From positions 5,790 to 69,789 of the forward strand of contig JAJACG010000022.1 of NCBI GenBank assembly GCA_022601635.1: a stretch of DNA of 64,000 nucleotides. The letters run 5' to 3'. The notes below the pieces were generated by a model. The model was given only the letters and a program-made list of their open reading frames with translations, had not been told where the DNA came from and searched no databases. The stretch comes from Chlamydiales bacterium. Its GTDB lineage: Bacteria; Chlamydiota; Chlamydiia; Chlamydiales; JAAKFR01. Positions 20,360-29,642 of the stretch are shown here, piece by piece (the stretch's first letter is position 1; each line of letters begins with the position of its first letter). A program made the translations under genes and the position numbers.

Positions 20360-21330
20360 TCAACAAGAGTATTGATCTCACGAAGCGGAACCTCATGGGT
20401 GATCAATTCGGTGAGTTTCAACTCCCCCTTCAAAAAGAGGTCGGCGTAGTAGGCAACATCCTCATCAACTTGGCTCTTTCCACCCCATGTACCTCTAATC
20501 TGCTTGCCACAGATCAGATCAAAGGGATCGATAGAAATCGTCTGTCCTTTGGGAAGATTTCCAGCCAAAACACAGAGACCAGGCGATCGTAGAGAGCGGT
20601 AGGCCGCCTCCATCGCCTCTTTGCGCCCAGCCGACTCAAAAGCGTAGTCAACACCACCACAAATCTCATGAATCTGGCTAGCTGGATCTTTCCTGGCATC
20701 CACAAGATGTGTTGCTCCAAGCTCTTTGGCGCGCTGCAGCTTCTTCTCACAGATATCTACCGCAATGACTGGATTTGCTCCACGTGAAACAGCACAAAGA
20801 AGACCGCTGAGCCCAACTCCACCGCAACCAAAGAGAGCAAAGGAGGAACCCTCTTCTAACTGCATCTCATTTTTCACAACCCCAGCGCCTGTCGGCAGTG
20901 CGCAGCCAAGAAGAGCTGCCTCTTTAAGTGGCATCTCTTTTGGAATGGGAACAAGGCGATTTTCAGAGACAACGGCGCACTCCATAAAGGTGCTGATCGC
21001 ACCAGAATTGATTGCCCCATCTTCAGAACTGTACTGCGTTGAGGGAACGTCATGGCCAGCGCCTTTGAGCCAGGTGAGCACCACATGATCACCCTTTTTA
21101 ACCTTGCTCACTGAAGGCCCAACCTCAAGTACGATTCCGGAGCCCTCATGCCCAAGCGTATGAGGCAAAAACTTATCCTCACCCTTGCGTCCAAAAATTT
21201 CATTGAGCTGAGTATGGCAGAGCCCGCTGTAAGCGATCTGTACCAACACCTGGCCCTCTTTCAAGATAGCCGTCTGAAGCTGCATGAGCTCAAGTGGCTG
21301 CTTTGTCTGTTTGAGTACGGCACCTAACAT
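20305..21330 (-). CDS. Zinc-dependent alcohol dehydrogenase family (MDR) oxidoreductase
   Basis: Supporting motifs are GLCHTQLNE...LGHEGSGIVLEVG (catalytic zinc region) and the Rossmann FGCGGVGLSG. The probable start is MLGAVLKQ at 21330, overlapping the upstream methyltransferase stop by 7 nt. Confidence 0.8.
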   Translation of the reverse strand: MLGAVLKQTKQPLELMQLQTAILKEGQVLVQIAYSGLCHTQLNEIFGRKGEDKFLPHTLGHEGSGIVLEVGPSVSKVKKGDHVVLTWLKGAGHDVPSTQYSSEDGAINSGAISTFMECAVVSENRLVPIPKEMPLKEAALLGCALPTGAGVVKNEMQLEEGSSFALFGCGGVGLSGLLCAVSRGANPVIAVDICEKKLQRAKELGATHLVDARKDPASQIHEICGGVDYAFESAGRKEAMEAAYRSLRSPGLCVLAGNLPKGQTISIDPFDLICGKQIRGTWGGKSQVDEDVAYYADLFLKGELKLTELITHEVPLREINTLVDQLERGEVGRGIIACAAS

Positions 21331-22040
21331 TTGGGACCACACGCAACAGCTATATAGTAGTGGGCAAAAGGCATAAAGCCGGTATGGACCATCTCATCGT
21401 TGGCAGCAAATAAGAAGACATGAGAAAAGTGCTTATAGAGCTCCTCTTCTAGCCTCTCATGATCATAGATATTGATATGACCCAGCTTTGCTACATCAGA
21501 TGTGTACTGCTGACTTGGCTTCGAAGGCGTTCCAATCACAGCAATGCCGTTTTCCTTCAGTGATGAAGCTATTTTTCCAAGAAACTGCGTTGCATGCTCC
21601 GGTATGATATGTTCAATCACATCAAAACTGGTGATCGCATTATATTTCTCTTTAGGCTCATACTCAAAAAAGTCAGTATGTACAAATTCTGCTTGCTCGC
21701 TTGCGAAGTTCTTTTTTGCAACTTCTACCGCCTCTTCATCAAAATCAATCCCCTGCACATAGCCGCACTCTTTTGCCAAAAGAAAGGTGCCAAAACCCTC
21801 ATTACAGCCAACATCCATGATACGCTTGCCGCTACCAATCATTTTGGCTGCAAACTTGTAATAGCTCATGCTGTGCATCATCCTTCTGGGAGAGTAATGA
21901 TGCCAAAAAGAGACATACCGTCCTAAATGTATGGGATCTGGTTCTTCAATTTTGTTGTAAACACAATCCCAGCTCGACTTCACATCGTTTGCCATTGGCC
22001 TCCTCATATCTTCTTGCACAAACTGCTGTAGGTGACTCAC
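21324..22040 (-). CDS. Class I SAM-dependent methyltransferase (paralog of 22770..23438)
   Basis: Motif I is IMDVGCNEGFGT. The tail NDEMVHTGFMPFAHYYIAVAC is shared with the paralog (NDEVVHTGFAKMAQYLFVVAC). The true start is probably internal (MANDVKSS at 21995), and either start overlaps the upstream gene. Confidence 0.75.
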   Translation of the reverse strand: MSHLQQFVQEDMRRPMANDVKSSWDCVYNKIEEPDPIHLGRYVSFWHHYSPRRMMHSMSYYKFAAKMIGSGKRIMDVGCNEGFGTFLLAKECGYVQGIDFDEEAVEVAKKNFASEQAEFVHTDFFEYEPKEKYNAITSFDVIEHIIPEHATQFLGKIASSLKENGIAVIGTPSKPSQQYTSDVAKLGHINIYDHERLEEELYKHFSHVFLFAANDEMVHTGFMPFAHYYIAVACGPKC

Positions 22041-22767
22041 TCACAACAGTGTATTTAACTTGTCTCTCACCCATTTCAACTGGGGCATAAGTGGGCATCA
22101 AACGCTGATCACTGCTCCACCTTGTGATAGAATCTCCATTCATGATACAGCCATGAACAACAGGTAGGCAGAAAACCAACGCTTGCCCAAATTTTAACGG
22201 TACTGGCTTGACCCGATCAGCAACACTATCTTCCATCTTCTGCGGCGCATAGAGAAAGCCGAGCTGATGCTTCTTTGACCCTTTAGTCACCTCTTTACTT
22301 TGGATTTTGGTGGTGGGATAAGCCTCTTCAGACTCGAGATGCGAACCATCAATCATACTCATCGTATTTTTGGGCCCTAGCTCTACAAAAGGTACAAAAA
22401 AGGAGTGTTCATAGGGCGTTCCACCATAGTGACTATCCCGGTGATAGCCAATATTGTCCTGACTCTTCCCTGGTCTTGCAATTCTTAAAAAGGGGTTTGC
22501 CTGCTTGACAATATCTAGACCCATAATTTCTCGAAAGGCGGGCAACAGCGGCGTGATAAAATCATACTCCTGTTCTCTGAAAAATTGGGTCATCTCAATC
22601 TGAATTTTAGAATGCCTGCTATCATCCTCTTCGCGATACTCTTCAAGTGAACATTTTTTCCCAACCAACGAAGAGAGCCTCCCTTCAAGCTCCTCTTTCA
22701 CCCTTTCAAGTTCTGAAATATCTGGGAAATCTAAAACAACCCAGCCCTTATCGATATACTCTTGCAT
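21946..22767 (-). CDS. PhyH-like Fe(II)/2-oxoglutarate dioxygenase (putative)
   Basis: An H-x-D motif in IGYHRDSHYGG and a distal His in MSMIDGSHLESE fit the PhyH facial-triad layout. I re-called the start at ATG 22767 (MQEYIDKGW), just after the upstream stop. Confidence 0.5.
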   Translation of the reverse strand: MQEYIDKGWVVLDFPDISELERVKEELEGRLSSLVGKKCSLEEYREEDDSRHSKIQIEMTQFFREQEYDFITPLLPAFREIMGLDIVKQANPFLRIARPGKSQDNIGYHRDSHYGGTPYEHSFFVPFVELGPKNTMSMIDGSHLESEEAYPTTKIQSKEVTKGSKKHQLGFLYAPQKMEDSVADRVKPVPLKFGQALVFCLPVVHGCIMNGDSITRWSSDQRLMPTYAPVEMGERQVKYTVVSESPTAVCARRYEEANGKRCEVELGLCLQQN

Positions 22768-22769
22768 CA

Positions 22770-23438
22770 CTACCTCTTGTTGCACGCAACGACAAATAGA
22801 TATTGCGCCATTTTAGCAAAGCCTGTGTGGACAACCTCATCATTCATTCCAAAAGAGAAGACATTTTGGAAATACTTCTCAAAGAGTGTTCTCAATCTCT
22901 CTTGCGAGTACATATTGACATGTGCTTCACGACTAAGTTTTGAAGCGTAGGGAGTCGTTGTCTCATTGGGTGTCCCACAAACCACTATACCACCATCATT
23001 TACATGATCAGCAAGCGCTTTCACATAGGTCTCTTCATACTCTTTGTAGATATGCTCGATCACATCGAGACTGACAACCAAATCATGCTCACCAAATGTC
23101 TTGTCAAAGAAATCAGCTGACTCAAAGCCAAAACGCTCCTCATCGAAAATCTTTTTTGCTGACTCAATTTGCGGCTTATCATAGTCGACACCAAAATATT
23201 TGCGTCCTTCAGCTAAAATAGGTGCCCCAATTCCTTCTCCACAACCAAGCTCAATCACGCTCTTCGCATTCTTCGCCATTTTTGAGGCAAACTTGTAACG
23301 CGCGAGCACAAAGGGTAAGCGTTTTGGATCATTGCGAAAATTCCATGACCACACAGTTCCCCATTTTATGCGCTTGGCTGGAAAGTTTGCTTTAACCTCT
23401 TCCCACATCTGCGCTTCTGTAGCATTTGATAAGCTCAT
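22770..23438 (-). CDS. Class I SAM-dependent methyltransferase
   Basis: Motif I is VIELGCGEGIGAP, with SLDVIEHI downstream. It is a paralog of 21324..22040. Confidence 0.75.
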   Translation of the reverse strand: MSLSNATEAQMWEEVKANFPAKRIKWGTVWSWNFRNDPKRLPFVLARYKFASKMAKNAKSVIELGCGEGIGAPILAEGRKYFGVDYDKPQIESAKKIFDEERFGFESADFFDKTFGEHDLVVSLDVIEHIYKEYEETYVKALADHVNDGGIVVCGTPNETTTPYASKLSREAHVNMYSQERLRTLFEKYFQNVFSFGMNDEVVHTGFAKMAQYLFVVACNKR

Positions 23439-24240
23439 CTACTCCCTCTTTCCACTCTTTTATTTCACAAAACGATGCCAAATAGGCTGATTTGGGTCTA
23501 GGTATATTATCGATGTCTGACATACTAATCGCTTTCACACAGCTGCGCTCCATTCCTAAACCTTCAGCTATGTAACAGGCCATCTCATATCGATTTGCGG
23601 GCTCTTTAGGGCAAATCTGAAAAATCCCACGAGCATCCTGGGCCTGCAAATCAAAGAGACAGTTTGACAACTCCTCTATACTGGCAAGCTGCAACTCTTG
23701 ATCAACAGCAGCTTCTACCTCACCTCTATTTAGCAACTTTTGGACAATCTCGTGCATCACATTTTGGTGTGGTCCATAGATGCGACAGAGCCTGATAATT
23801 AGGCAGTCATCTGCCATCTCTCGCATCAAAATCTCTTCCCTTTTAGCATGAATCTCCCCATACATGTTTGTAGGAGAGGTTGGTGAGTGTGGGTAGTAAA
23901 CCTCTTGCTCGCCATCAAAAACTTGTGTCGTTGAAAGCACAACGGGTGTAATCCCACGAACAATAAACTCTCTACAAAGTTCCATAGTACCATCAATATC
24001 TACCTGCCAACAAAGATCTGGCTCCTGAATACAGCGCTGTGGCGTAGAATAGCCCACAGCAATGATAGCCCATCTGTAGCCTTTAGTCGAAAAATTAATA
24101 GTTGGCCTTCTTAGGTCAAGAAAAGGCTGCTCATTTCGACTGGTTCCAATTAGATCCGGATAGTGTTTCTTCAACTCATTGAAAAGATGACTACCAATAA
24201 AGCCTGTAGAACCAACCACAATCGATTTGGGGGGAGTCAT
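23392..24240 (-). CDS. NAD(P)-dependent sugar epimerase/reductase (SDR; RmlD-like size)
   Basis: The Rossmann motif VVGSTGFIGSHL follows the re-called start MTPPKSIVV (ATG 24240). That start forms an ATGA overlap with the GT2 stop. Confidence 0.65.
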   Translation of the reverse strand: MTPPKSIVVGSTGFIGSHLFNELKKHYPDLIGTSRNEQPFLDLRRPTINFSTKGYRWAIIAVGYSTPQRCIQEPDLCWQVDIDGTMELCREFIVRGITPVVLSTTQVFDGEQEVYYPHSPTSPTNMYGEIHAKREEILMREMADDCLIIRLCRIYGPHQNVMHEIVQKLLNRGEVEAAVDQELQLASIEELSNCLFDLQAQDARGIFQICPKEPANRYEMACYIAEGLGMERSCVKAISMSDIDNIPRPKSAYLASFCEIKEWKEGVDELIKCYRSADVGRG

Positions 24241-25121
24241 GAAAAGCGCACTCTCTTTGTTATTGAGCGCCAAATACGCCTCTTTGTCGAACTTTTGGAT
24301 GCTTTGAAAAAATCCCACCACTTGGGCTGCCAGATTAGCTTCCAAAAGAGATTGTCAAAGACAAAGGAGAGCTGCCCTGAATCTCGAAACTTCTGACGCA
24401 ACAAACTATCCTGAGCTACTTGATCAAGTAGTGCTAAATAGGTTCGATTTCGCCTCTTACGATCCTTCTTTACCTTACTCGTATAAGAGTCTTCACACTC
24501 TCTCATGGCAATACCTACTTGAGGTAGGTAGCCGATGCCCTCCAGAAGGGCAATTTTTTGAAACAAGAACCAATCAGAGATATTTTCTAACTTTGGATTG
24601 GGAAGACCATACTTCTTCAAAGTCTCAACCTCTGTGATACAAGCGACCCCGGGTACCCAAAAACCGCTTTTTCTAAAGGTAGAGACAATTTGTTCCTTAT
24701 GGAACGCTATTGGCTTTTCGGAAGGGTAGAGATTGGTCTCACGCGAGCCCTTTTCGGAAAAGTAGCTAATATCACTGCAAACTAACTTCAGCTTCTCTTC
24801 TTGCATAAGCTTCATGCAACCTGACAAATAGCCGGGTAGATAGAGATCATCGGAGCTAAAGATCTGAACAAACTCTCCCTGCACTTCTTTAAAAAGGTCG
24901 GTAACTGTAGCAAAGTAGCCCCTGTTTTTTTTGAAATAGAAGGGGCGAATTCTATCTCCAAAGCTCTCTATTACGGCGCGACTTTCATCTGTAGAAGCGT
25001 CATCTCCAACCAACACTTCAAAGTCATCAAAGTCTTGATTCAAGACAGAATCGATTGTTTCACCCAAAAAGGGGGCGTGATTGTAGTTGGGGATGATGAC
25101 AGAAAGTGCTCGCTTCTTCAC
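24237..25121 (-). CDS. Glycosyltransferase family 2
   Basis: The N-terminal LSVIIPNYNHAPFLGETIDSVLNQ...VGDDASTDES is the classic GT2 (GT-A, DxD-type) head. Confidence 0.85.
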   Translation of the reverse strand: MKKRALSVIIPNYNHAPFLGETIDSVLNQDFDDFEVLVGDDASTDESRAVIESFGDRIRPFYFKKNRGYFATVTDLFKEVQGEFVQIFSSDDLYLPGYLSGCMKLMQEEKLKLVCSDISYFSEKGSRETNLYPSEKPIAFHKEQIVSTFRKSGFWVPGVACITEVETLKKYGLPNPKLENISDWFLFQKIALLEGIGYLPQVGIAMRECEDSYTSKVKKDRKRRNRTYLALLDQVAQDSLLRQKFRDSGQLSFVFDNLFWKLIWQPKWWDFFKASKSSTKRRIWRSITKRVRFS

Positions 25122-25256
25122 AGCTGGTATTGTAGGCTAACTTGTTTCGAACAGCAAGGGCTTTGTCGTGAAACTTTCAGATGTTGTAATCGACTTTTTT
25201 GCAAAGCGTGGTGTGCACCAATATTTGCAATGCCTTTTTTGACTCAGTGCCCCTTG

Positions 25257-25426
25257 TTAAGGAGATACTGAATAAGTACCTTGCTAGAGATTTCGGCAAG
25301 ATTTCTATTGAGGGGAAGTTCGGAGCCGAACGTCTAACCCCTTGCGGGTTAGTGAAGGTGAGAATGATGCAGCGGCGTGAAGATTGACGGAAGATTCAAT
25401 GAGCGAGTTATTCAGTATCTCCTTAA
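25257..25426. repeat. Perfect 19-bp inverted repeat pair enclosing a 132-nt hairpin-rich segment
   Basis: TTAAGGAGATACTGAATAA (25257-25275) is the exact reverse complement of TTATTCAGTATCTCCTTAA (25408-25426). Two local hairpins lie inside: GTTCG-GAGC-CGAAC (25318-25331) and CTAACCC-CTTGC-GGGTTAG (25334-25352). The pair sits in the 499-bp divergent intergenic region of the glycan island. Confidence 0.8.
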
Positions 25427-25620
25427 TGAAGAGTCAGCTGTTGTTAATGGCCGCAATTTTAGCTTGGTACATGATGCATGGGGATCAACAGAGTTGCGTG
25501 AAGATCTTCTGGCAAATAGCGACCTTTATAAGCTAAGGCGCAACCAAGCTCTTTCATCTTGCAGCAAAAGTGATGCAAAACTATAGTTCAACCTTCAACA
25601 AGTGATCAAAGGAGAGAAAC

Positions 25621-26595
25621 ATGCACGTTTTAGTCGCAGGTGGAGCAGGCTATGTAGGTTCCAAACTCATTCCCGCCCTTTTAAATAAAGGCCACAAGGT
25701 CACAGTACTCGATCTCTACATGTATGGGGACGATCTCTTTGAAAAACACCCTAACCTGCGTGAAGTAAAGGGTGATATACGCGATATCGAGCTTGTTCGC
25801 TCTTCATTAGAGGGTTGCGATTCAGTCATTCACCTTGCCTGTATCTCCAATGACCCAAGTTTTGAGCTTAACCCCGACCTTGGCAAGTCAATCAACCTCG
25901 ACTCATTTGACCCCTTTGTTCAAGCGGCAAAGGAGACTGGCATTAAACGTTTCATTTACGCCTCATCCTCATCTGTTTATGGTGTAAAAGATGCACCAAA
26001 TGTAACTGAAGACATGGAGCTTGAGCCGCTTACCGATTACTCAAAATTCAAGGCTGAGTGTGAGAGAATTCTCTTTTCACACATGAATGATGACTTTATC
26101 TGTACAGTACTGCGCCCCGCAACTGTTTGCGGTTATGCACCGCGCCAGAGACTCGATGTTGTTGTCAACATTTTAACCAACCTCGCCTACCACAAGGGTA
26201 AGATCAAGGTGATGGGTGGATCACAGATGCGCCCGAACATCCATGTGGATGACATGGTCGATGCCTACTTGCATGTGCTCAACTGCAGCAAAGAGCAAGT
26301 TCAAGGCAAAACCTACAATGTAGGTTATCACAATCATACTGTCTTAGAACTGGGTGAAATTGTGAAGAACGAGGTAGGCAACTGCGAACTAAACGTTGAA
26401 CCGACAAATGACAACCGCTCCTACCACGTCTCTTCTGAAAAGATTGCCAAGGAGCTTGGCTTTACACCAAAGCGTAACATTCAAGATGCCGTTAAAAGTT
26501 TGCTCGAAGCATTTGAAGCTGGGAAACTTCCAGACTCTTTGGAAGATAAAAAGTACTTCAACATCAAAACCATGAAGGCGATAGAACTGAAATGA
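25621..26595 (+). CDS. NAD-dependent NDP-sugar epimerase/dehydratase (extended SDR)
   Basis: 324 aa starting MHVLVAGGAGYVGSKL (GxxGxxG). SSSSVYG and a downstream YSKFK provide the Ser and YxxxK catalytic pattern. Confidence 0.75.
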   Translation: MHVLVAGGAGYVGSKLIPALLNKGHKVTVLDLYMYGDDLFEKHPNLREVKGDIRDIELVRSSLEGCDSVIHLACISNDPSFELNPDLGKSINLDSFDPFVQAAKETGIKRFIYASSSSVYGVKDAPNVTEDMELEPLTDYSKFKAECERILFSHMNDDFICTVLRPATVCGYAPRQRLDVVVNILTNLAYHKGKIKVMGGSQMRPNIHVDDMVDAYLHVLNCSKEQVQGKTYNVGYHNHTVLELGEIVKNEVGNCELNVEPTNDNRSYHVSSEKIAKELGFTPKRNIQDAVKSLLEAFEAGKLPDSLEDKKYFNIKTMKAIELK

Positions 26596-27590
26596 AGACA
26601 TTAGTAACTGGTGGAGCAGGCTTTATTGGAAGCCATCTAGCTGAGCTGCTTTTGCGTAGCGGCCATGAGGTTGTTGTTGTAGACAACTTAAATTCAGGGC
26701 GCTTGAAAAATTTAGATGCGATTGCTCACGACCCGCTATTCAAATTTTGTCCCGTCGATATAAGAGATAAAGAGGCTCTCAAAGAGTGCTTCTTCGGAGT
26801 TGACTGGGTCTTTCATCTAGCTGGACTTGCTGACATTGTGCCATCGATTGAGAATCCAAAAGACTACTTTGAGGTCAATGTGGATGGCACCTTCAATGTG
26901 CTTGAGTGTGCTAGAGAGGTAAAGGCGAAACGTTTTGTCTATGCCGCATCTTCCTCTTGCTACGGTATTCCCAAAAACTACCCAACACCTGAAACAGAGC
27001 CTATCTCTCCTCAATACCCATACGCTTTGACCAAATATTTGGGAGAGGAGCTGGTGATGCATTGGGCGCAGCTTTATAACCTGCCAGCTCTAAGCTTGCG
27101 TCTTTTCAATGTATTTGGACCAAGATCTAGAACTTCGGGCACATATGGTGCTGTCTTTGGCGTCTTTTTGGCTCAAAAGCTTCATGATGCCCCCTATACA
27201 GTAGTTGGTGATGGGACGCAGACGCGCGATTTTACATTCGTATCGGATGTAGCACGCGCCTTTTTGACAGCAGCCGAGAGCTCTGTTTGCGGTGAAATAT
27301 TTAATGTTGGAAGCTCTGACCACTACAGTGTGAATCGATTGGTGGAGCTGCTCCAGGGTGATGTTGTGCATATTCCCAAAAGACCTGGGGAACCAGACTG
27401 CACCTTTGCCGATGTCTCAAAGATTGAGAGTATGATTAATTGGAAGGCGCAAGTCTCTTTTGAAGAGGGAGTCCAAAAGTTGCTAGACTCTCTCGATGAT
27501 TTCAAGGATGCTCCTTTGTGGGATCCTGAAACCATTAAAAAAGCAACAGCCAAGTGGTTTGAATGTTTAGCGGAGCCAGCATGTTCGTAG
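26592..27590 (+). CDS. NAD-dependent NDP-sugar epimerase/dehydratase (extended SDR)
   Basis: 332 aa with MKTLVTGGAGFIGSHL, ASSSSCYG and YALTKYLGE (YxxxK). It overlaps the upstream SDR by 4 nt. Confidence 0.75.
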   Translation: MKTLVTGGAGFIGSHLAELLLRSGHEVVVVDNLNSGRLKNLDAIAHDPLFKFCPVDIRDKEALKECFFGVDWVFHLAGLADIVPSIENPKDYFEVNVDGTFNVLECAREVKAKRFVYAASSSCYGIPKNYPTPETEPISPQYPYALTKYLGEELVMHWAQLYNLPALSLRLFNVFGPRSRTSGTYGAVFGVFLAQKLHDAPYTVVGDGTQTRDFTFVSDVARAFLTAAESSVCGEIFNVGSSDHYSVNRLVELLQGDVVHIPKRPGEPDCTFADVSKIESMINWKAQVSFEEGVQKLLDSLDDFKDAPLWDPETIKKATAKWFECLAEPACS

Positions 27591-28162
27591 AAAGAATGGA
27601 TGAATTACTAGACTGTGTCAAAAAATGCAGTTACACGGACAGCAGTGGAGAGATCTCTCCAGAGGAGGCGCTTTTTGCAGCGCAAGATCATGTCAAATGC
27701 GGTAACATATTTGTCGTGGGCAATGGTGGAAGTGCGGGTATCGCTTCTCATTTTGCAACAGATCTAACTAAGACATTACAGCTTCCCGCTACAACATTGA
27801 CTGACTCGAACAGTGTGACCTGCTTTAGCAATGATCATGGCTATGAGAATGTCTTTGCCAGCCCTCTCAAAGTTAGAATGAAGGGTGAAGATCTTCTGGT
27901 TGCAATTTCCAGCTCTGGTCAATCTGAAAATATCTTGAATGCTTGCCGCGTTGCCAAAGAAAAGGGAGCGCGCATCATTACGTTGAGTGGATTTTTGGAA
28001 GACAATCCTCTTCGCTCTATGGGTAAGCTCAACTTCTTTGTTGATGCAGAAGACTACGGTCTTGTTGAGACTGCTCATTTTTTTCTATTACATACAATTA
28101 TTGATTCACTAAGCTCATGCAAAAAAAGATCAGAAGAGTTGATGAAATTGGCAGTGTCGTAG
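27581..28162 (+). CDS. gmhA: Sedoheptulose 7-phosphate isomerase (SIS domain, GmhA-like)
   Basis: The motifs VVGNGGSAGIASHFATDL and VAISSSGQSENIL are the GmhA/SIS signature regions, and the size (about 190 aa) fits. The start is ambiguous among 27563, 27581 and 27596. Confidence 0.75.
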   Translation: MFVERMDELLDCVKKCSYTDSSGEISPEEALFAAQDHVKCGNIFVVGNGGSAGIASHFATDLTKTLQLPATTLTDSNSVTCFSNDHGYENVFASPLKVRMKGEDLLVAISSSGQSENILNACRVAKEKGARIITLSGFLEDNPLRSMGKLNFFVDAEDYGLVETAHFFLLHTIIDSLSSCKKRSEELMKLAVS

Positions 28163-29631
28163 CTGCTGAGAAAAAATGTGGTAACCGTGTCGTGCACTGC
28201 CATGGTGTATTTGATCTTCTCCACCCTGGGCATATTCGTCACTTTATCGATGCAAGAAAACAGGGTGATACACTTGTTGTTTCTCTGACTCCTGATCGCT
28301 TTGTCAATAAGGGCCCAGGCAGACCAGCTTTTAGTGAGCAGCTACGTTCTGAGCAGCTTGCCGCTCTTGCTTGCGTAGATTTCGTCGTACTAAATGACGC
28401 TCCCGATGCCATTTCAATCATAAAAAAAGTGCAGCCCGATCTCTATGTAAAGGGAATTGAATACCAAAATCATGGTGATGATGTAACTGGAAAGATTTCG
28501 AAAGAGGTAGAGGCTGTCGAATCTATCGGCGGATCGATCTATTACACTGAAGACATTGTTTTTAGCTCTTCCAACCTGATCAACCGCTTCTTCGATCAAG
28601 ATGCAAATCGCATTGCGCCTTTCATGGACCCATTTAAAAAACACTTTTCACTTGACGATGTGATCAATGCAGTCGATGAGCTCAATGGTTTGAAGGTTCT
28701 GGTTGTGGGAGATGCCATTTTAGATGAGTATCAATATGTCTCTCCTCTTGGACAGTCTGGTAAAGGGCAGCAAATCACGGCCTCCTTGCAAGACAAAGAG
28801 CTCTTTTTGGGAGGCTCATTGGTCATTGCCAACCACTTGGCTGGTTTTGCTGGCTCTGTCGACCTGCTCACTGCCATTGGAAAAGATTGTCCTCATCGAA
28901 AAAAGATGGAAAAAGAGCTCTTGAGCAATGTCAAGCCGCATTTCATCGAAACTAAGCTGCCCACACTTTTGAAAAAGCGCTATGTACAAAAAGATGGTAA
29001 ATCGATTTCCAAACTTTTTGAGACCTACAGTAGCACAAGTTCACTTCTAGAAGTTGAGCAGACTCATGAGGTTATGGACTTCCTGAAAGATGGTGAATAT
29101 GATCTAGTCATTGCATGTGATTTTGGTAATGGATTCACCAACCCCGAGATTATTTCAGCGATCTGTACGATGCCTAATTTTTTGGCTGTTAATACGCAGA
29201 CAAATAGTGGTAATCGCGGTTACAATGTGATCACCAACTACCAAAGGGCAGACTACATCTCTTTGAATGAACCGGAGCTTCGCTTGGCAGCGCATGATAA
29301 AGATAGTCGCCTTGAAGAGGTAGTCAAAGACATTGGTTCACTATTACAATGTGAGTCAATGGCAGTGACCAGAGGGAGTGATGGTCTACTGTTTAAAACG
29401 GCTAAGGAATCGATTGAGATTCCAGCTTTGACTATGCGTGCAATTGACAGAGTGGGTGCTGGTGACAGCTTTCTCTCTTTATCAGCTATGTCATTGGCAA
29501 AGGGGCAAAGCGCTTGGTTAGCAGGTTTTATTGGCTCTGTTGCTGCTGCAATTGATGTACAGATTGTGGGCAACAGAGAAGCAATCAACAAAGTGGAATT
29601 ATGCAAGTTCATCACCAGACTCATGAAGTAA
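28117..29631 (+). CDS. Bifunctional nucleotidyltransferase plus PfkB-family sugar kinase (HldE-like, with inverted domain order)
   Basis: The N-terminal VVHCHGVFDLLHPGHIRHF carries the HxGH motif of the cytidylyl/adenylyltransferase family. The C-terminal region of about 320 aa ends in the PfkB signature AIDRVGAGDSFLS. It lies directly downstream of gmhA. Confidence 0.65.
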   Translation: MQKKIRRVDEIGSVVAAEKKCGNRVVHCHGVFDLLHPGHIRHFIDARKQGDTLVVSLTPDRFVNKGPGRPAFSEQLRSEQLAALACVDFVVLNDAPDAISIIKKVQPDLYVKGIEYQNHGDDVTGKISKEVEAVESIGGSIYYTEDIVFSSSNLINRFFDQDANRIAPFMDPFKKHFSLDDVINAVDELNGLKVLVVGDAILDEYQYVSPLGQSGKGQQITASLQDKELFLGGSLVIANHLAGFAGSVDLLTAIGKDCPHRKKMEKELLSNVKPHFIETKLPTLLKKRYVQKDGKSISKLFETYSSTSSLLEVEQTHEVMDFLKDGEYDLVIACDFGNGFTNPEIISAICTMPNFLAVNTQTNSGNRGYNVITNYQRADYISLNEPELRLAAHDKDSRLEEVVKDIGSLLQCESMAVTRGSDGLLFKTAKESIEIPALTMRAIDRVGAGDSFLSLSAMSLAKGQSAWLAGFIGSVAAAIDVQIVGNREAINKVELCKFITRLMK

Positions 29632-29642
29632 GAGTAGCTAAA

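Noticed and set aside
25199-25586. Small ORFs (62 and 69 aa) in the 499-bp divergent intergenic region.
   Set aside because: They have no recognisable domains. They overlap the inverted-repeat structure and have weak or no SD context. The region is better explained as regulatory or structured DNA or RNA.
25122-25620. A possible ops/JUMPstart (GGCGGTAG) antitermination element in the leader of the polysaccharide operons.
   Set aside because: I did not find the 8-mer on either strand. The closest string is GCAGCGGCGTGAAG, which does not match.
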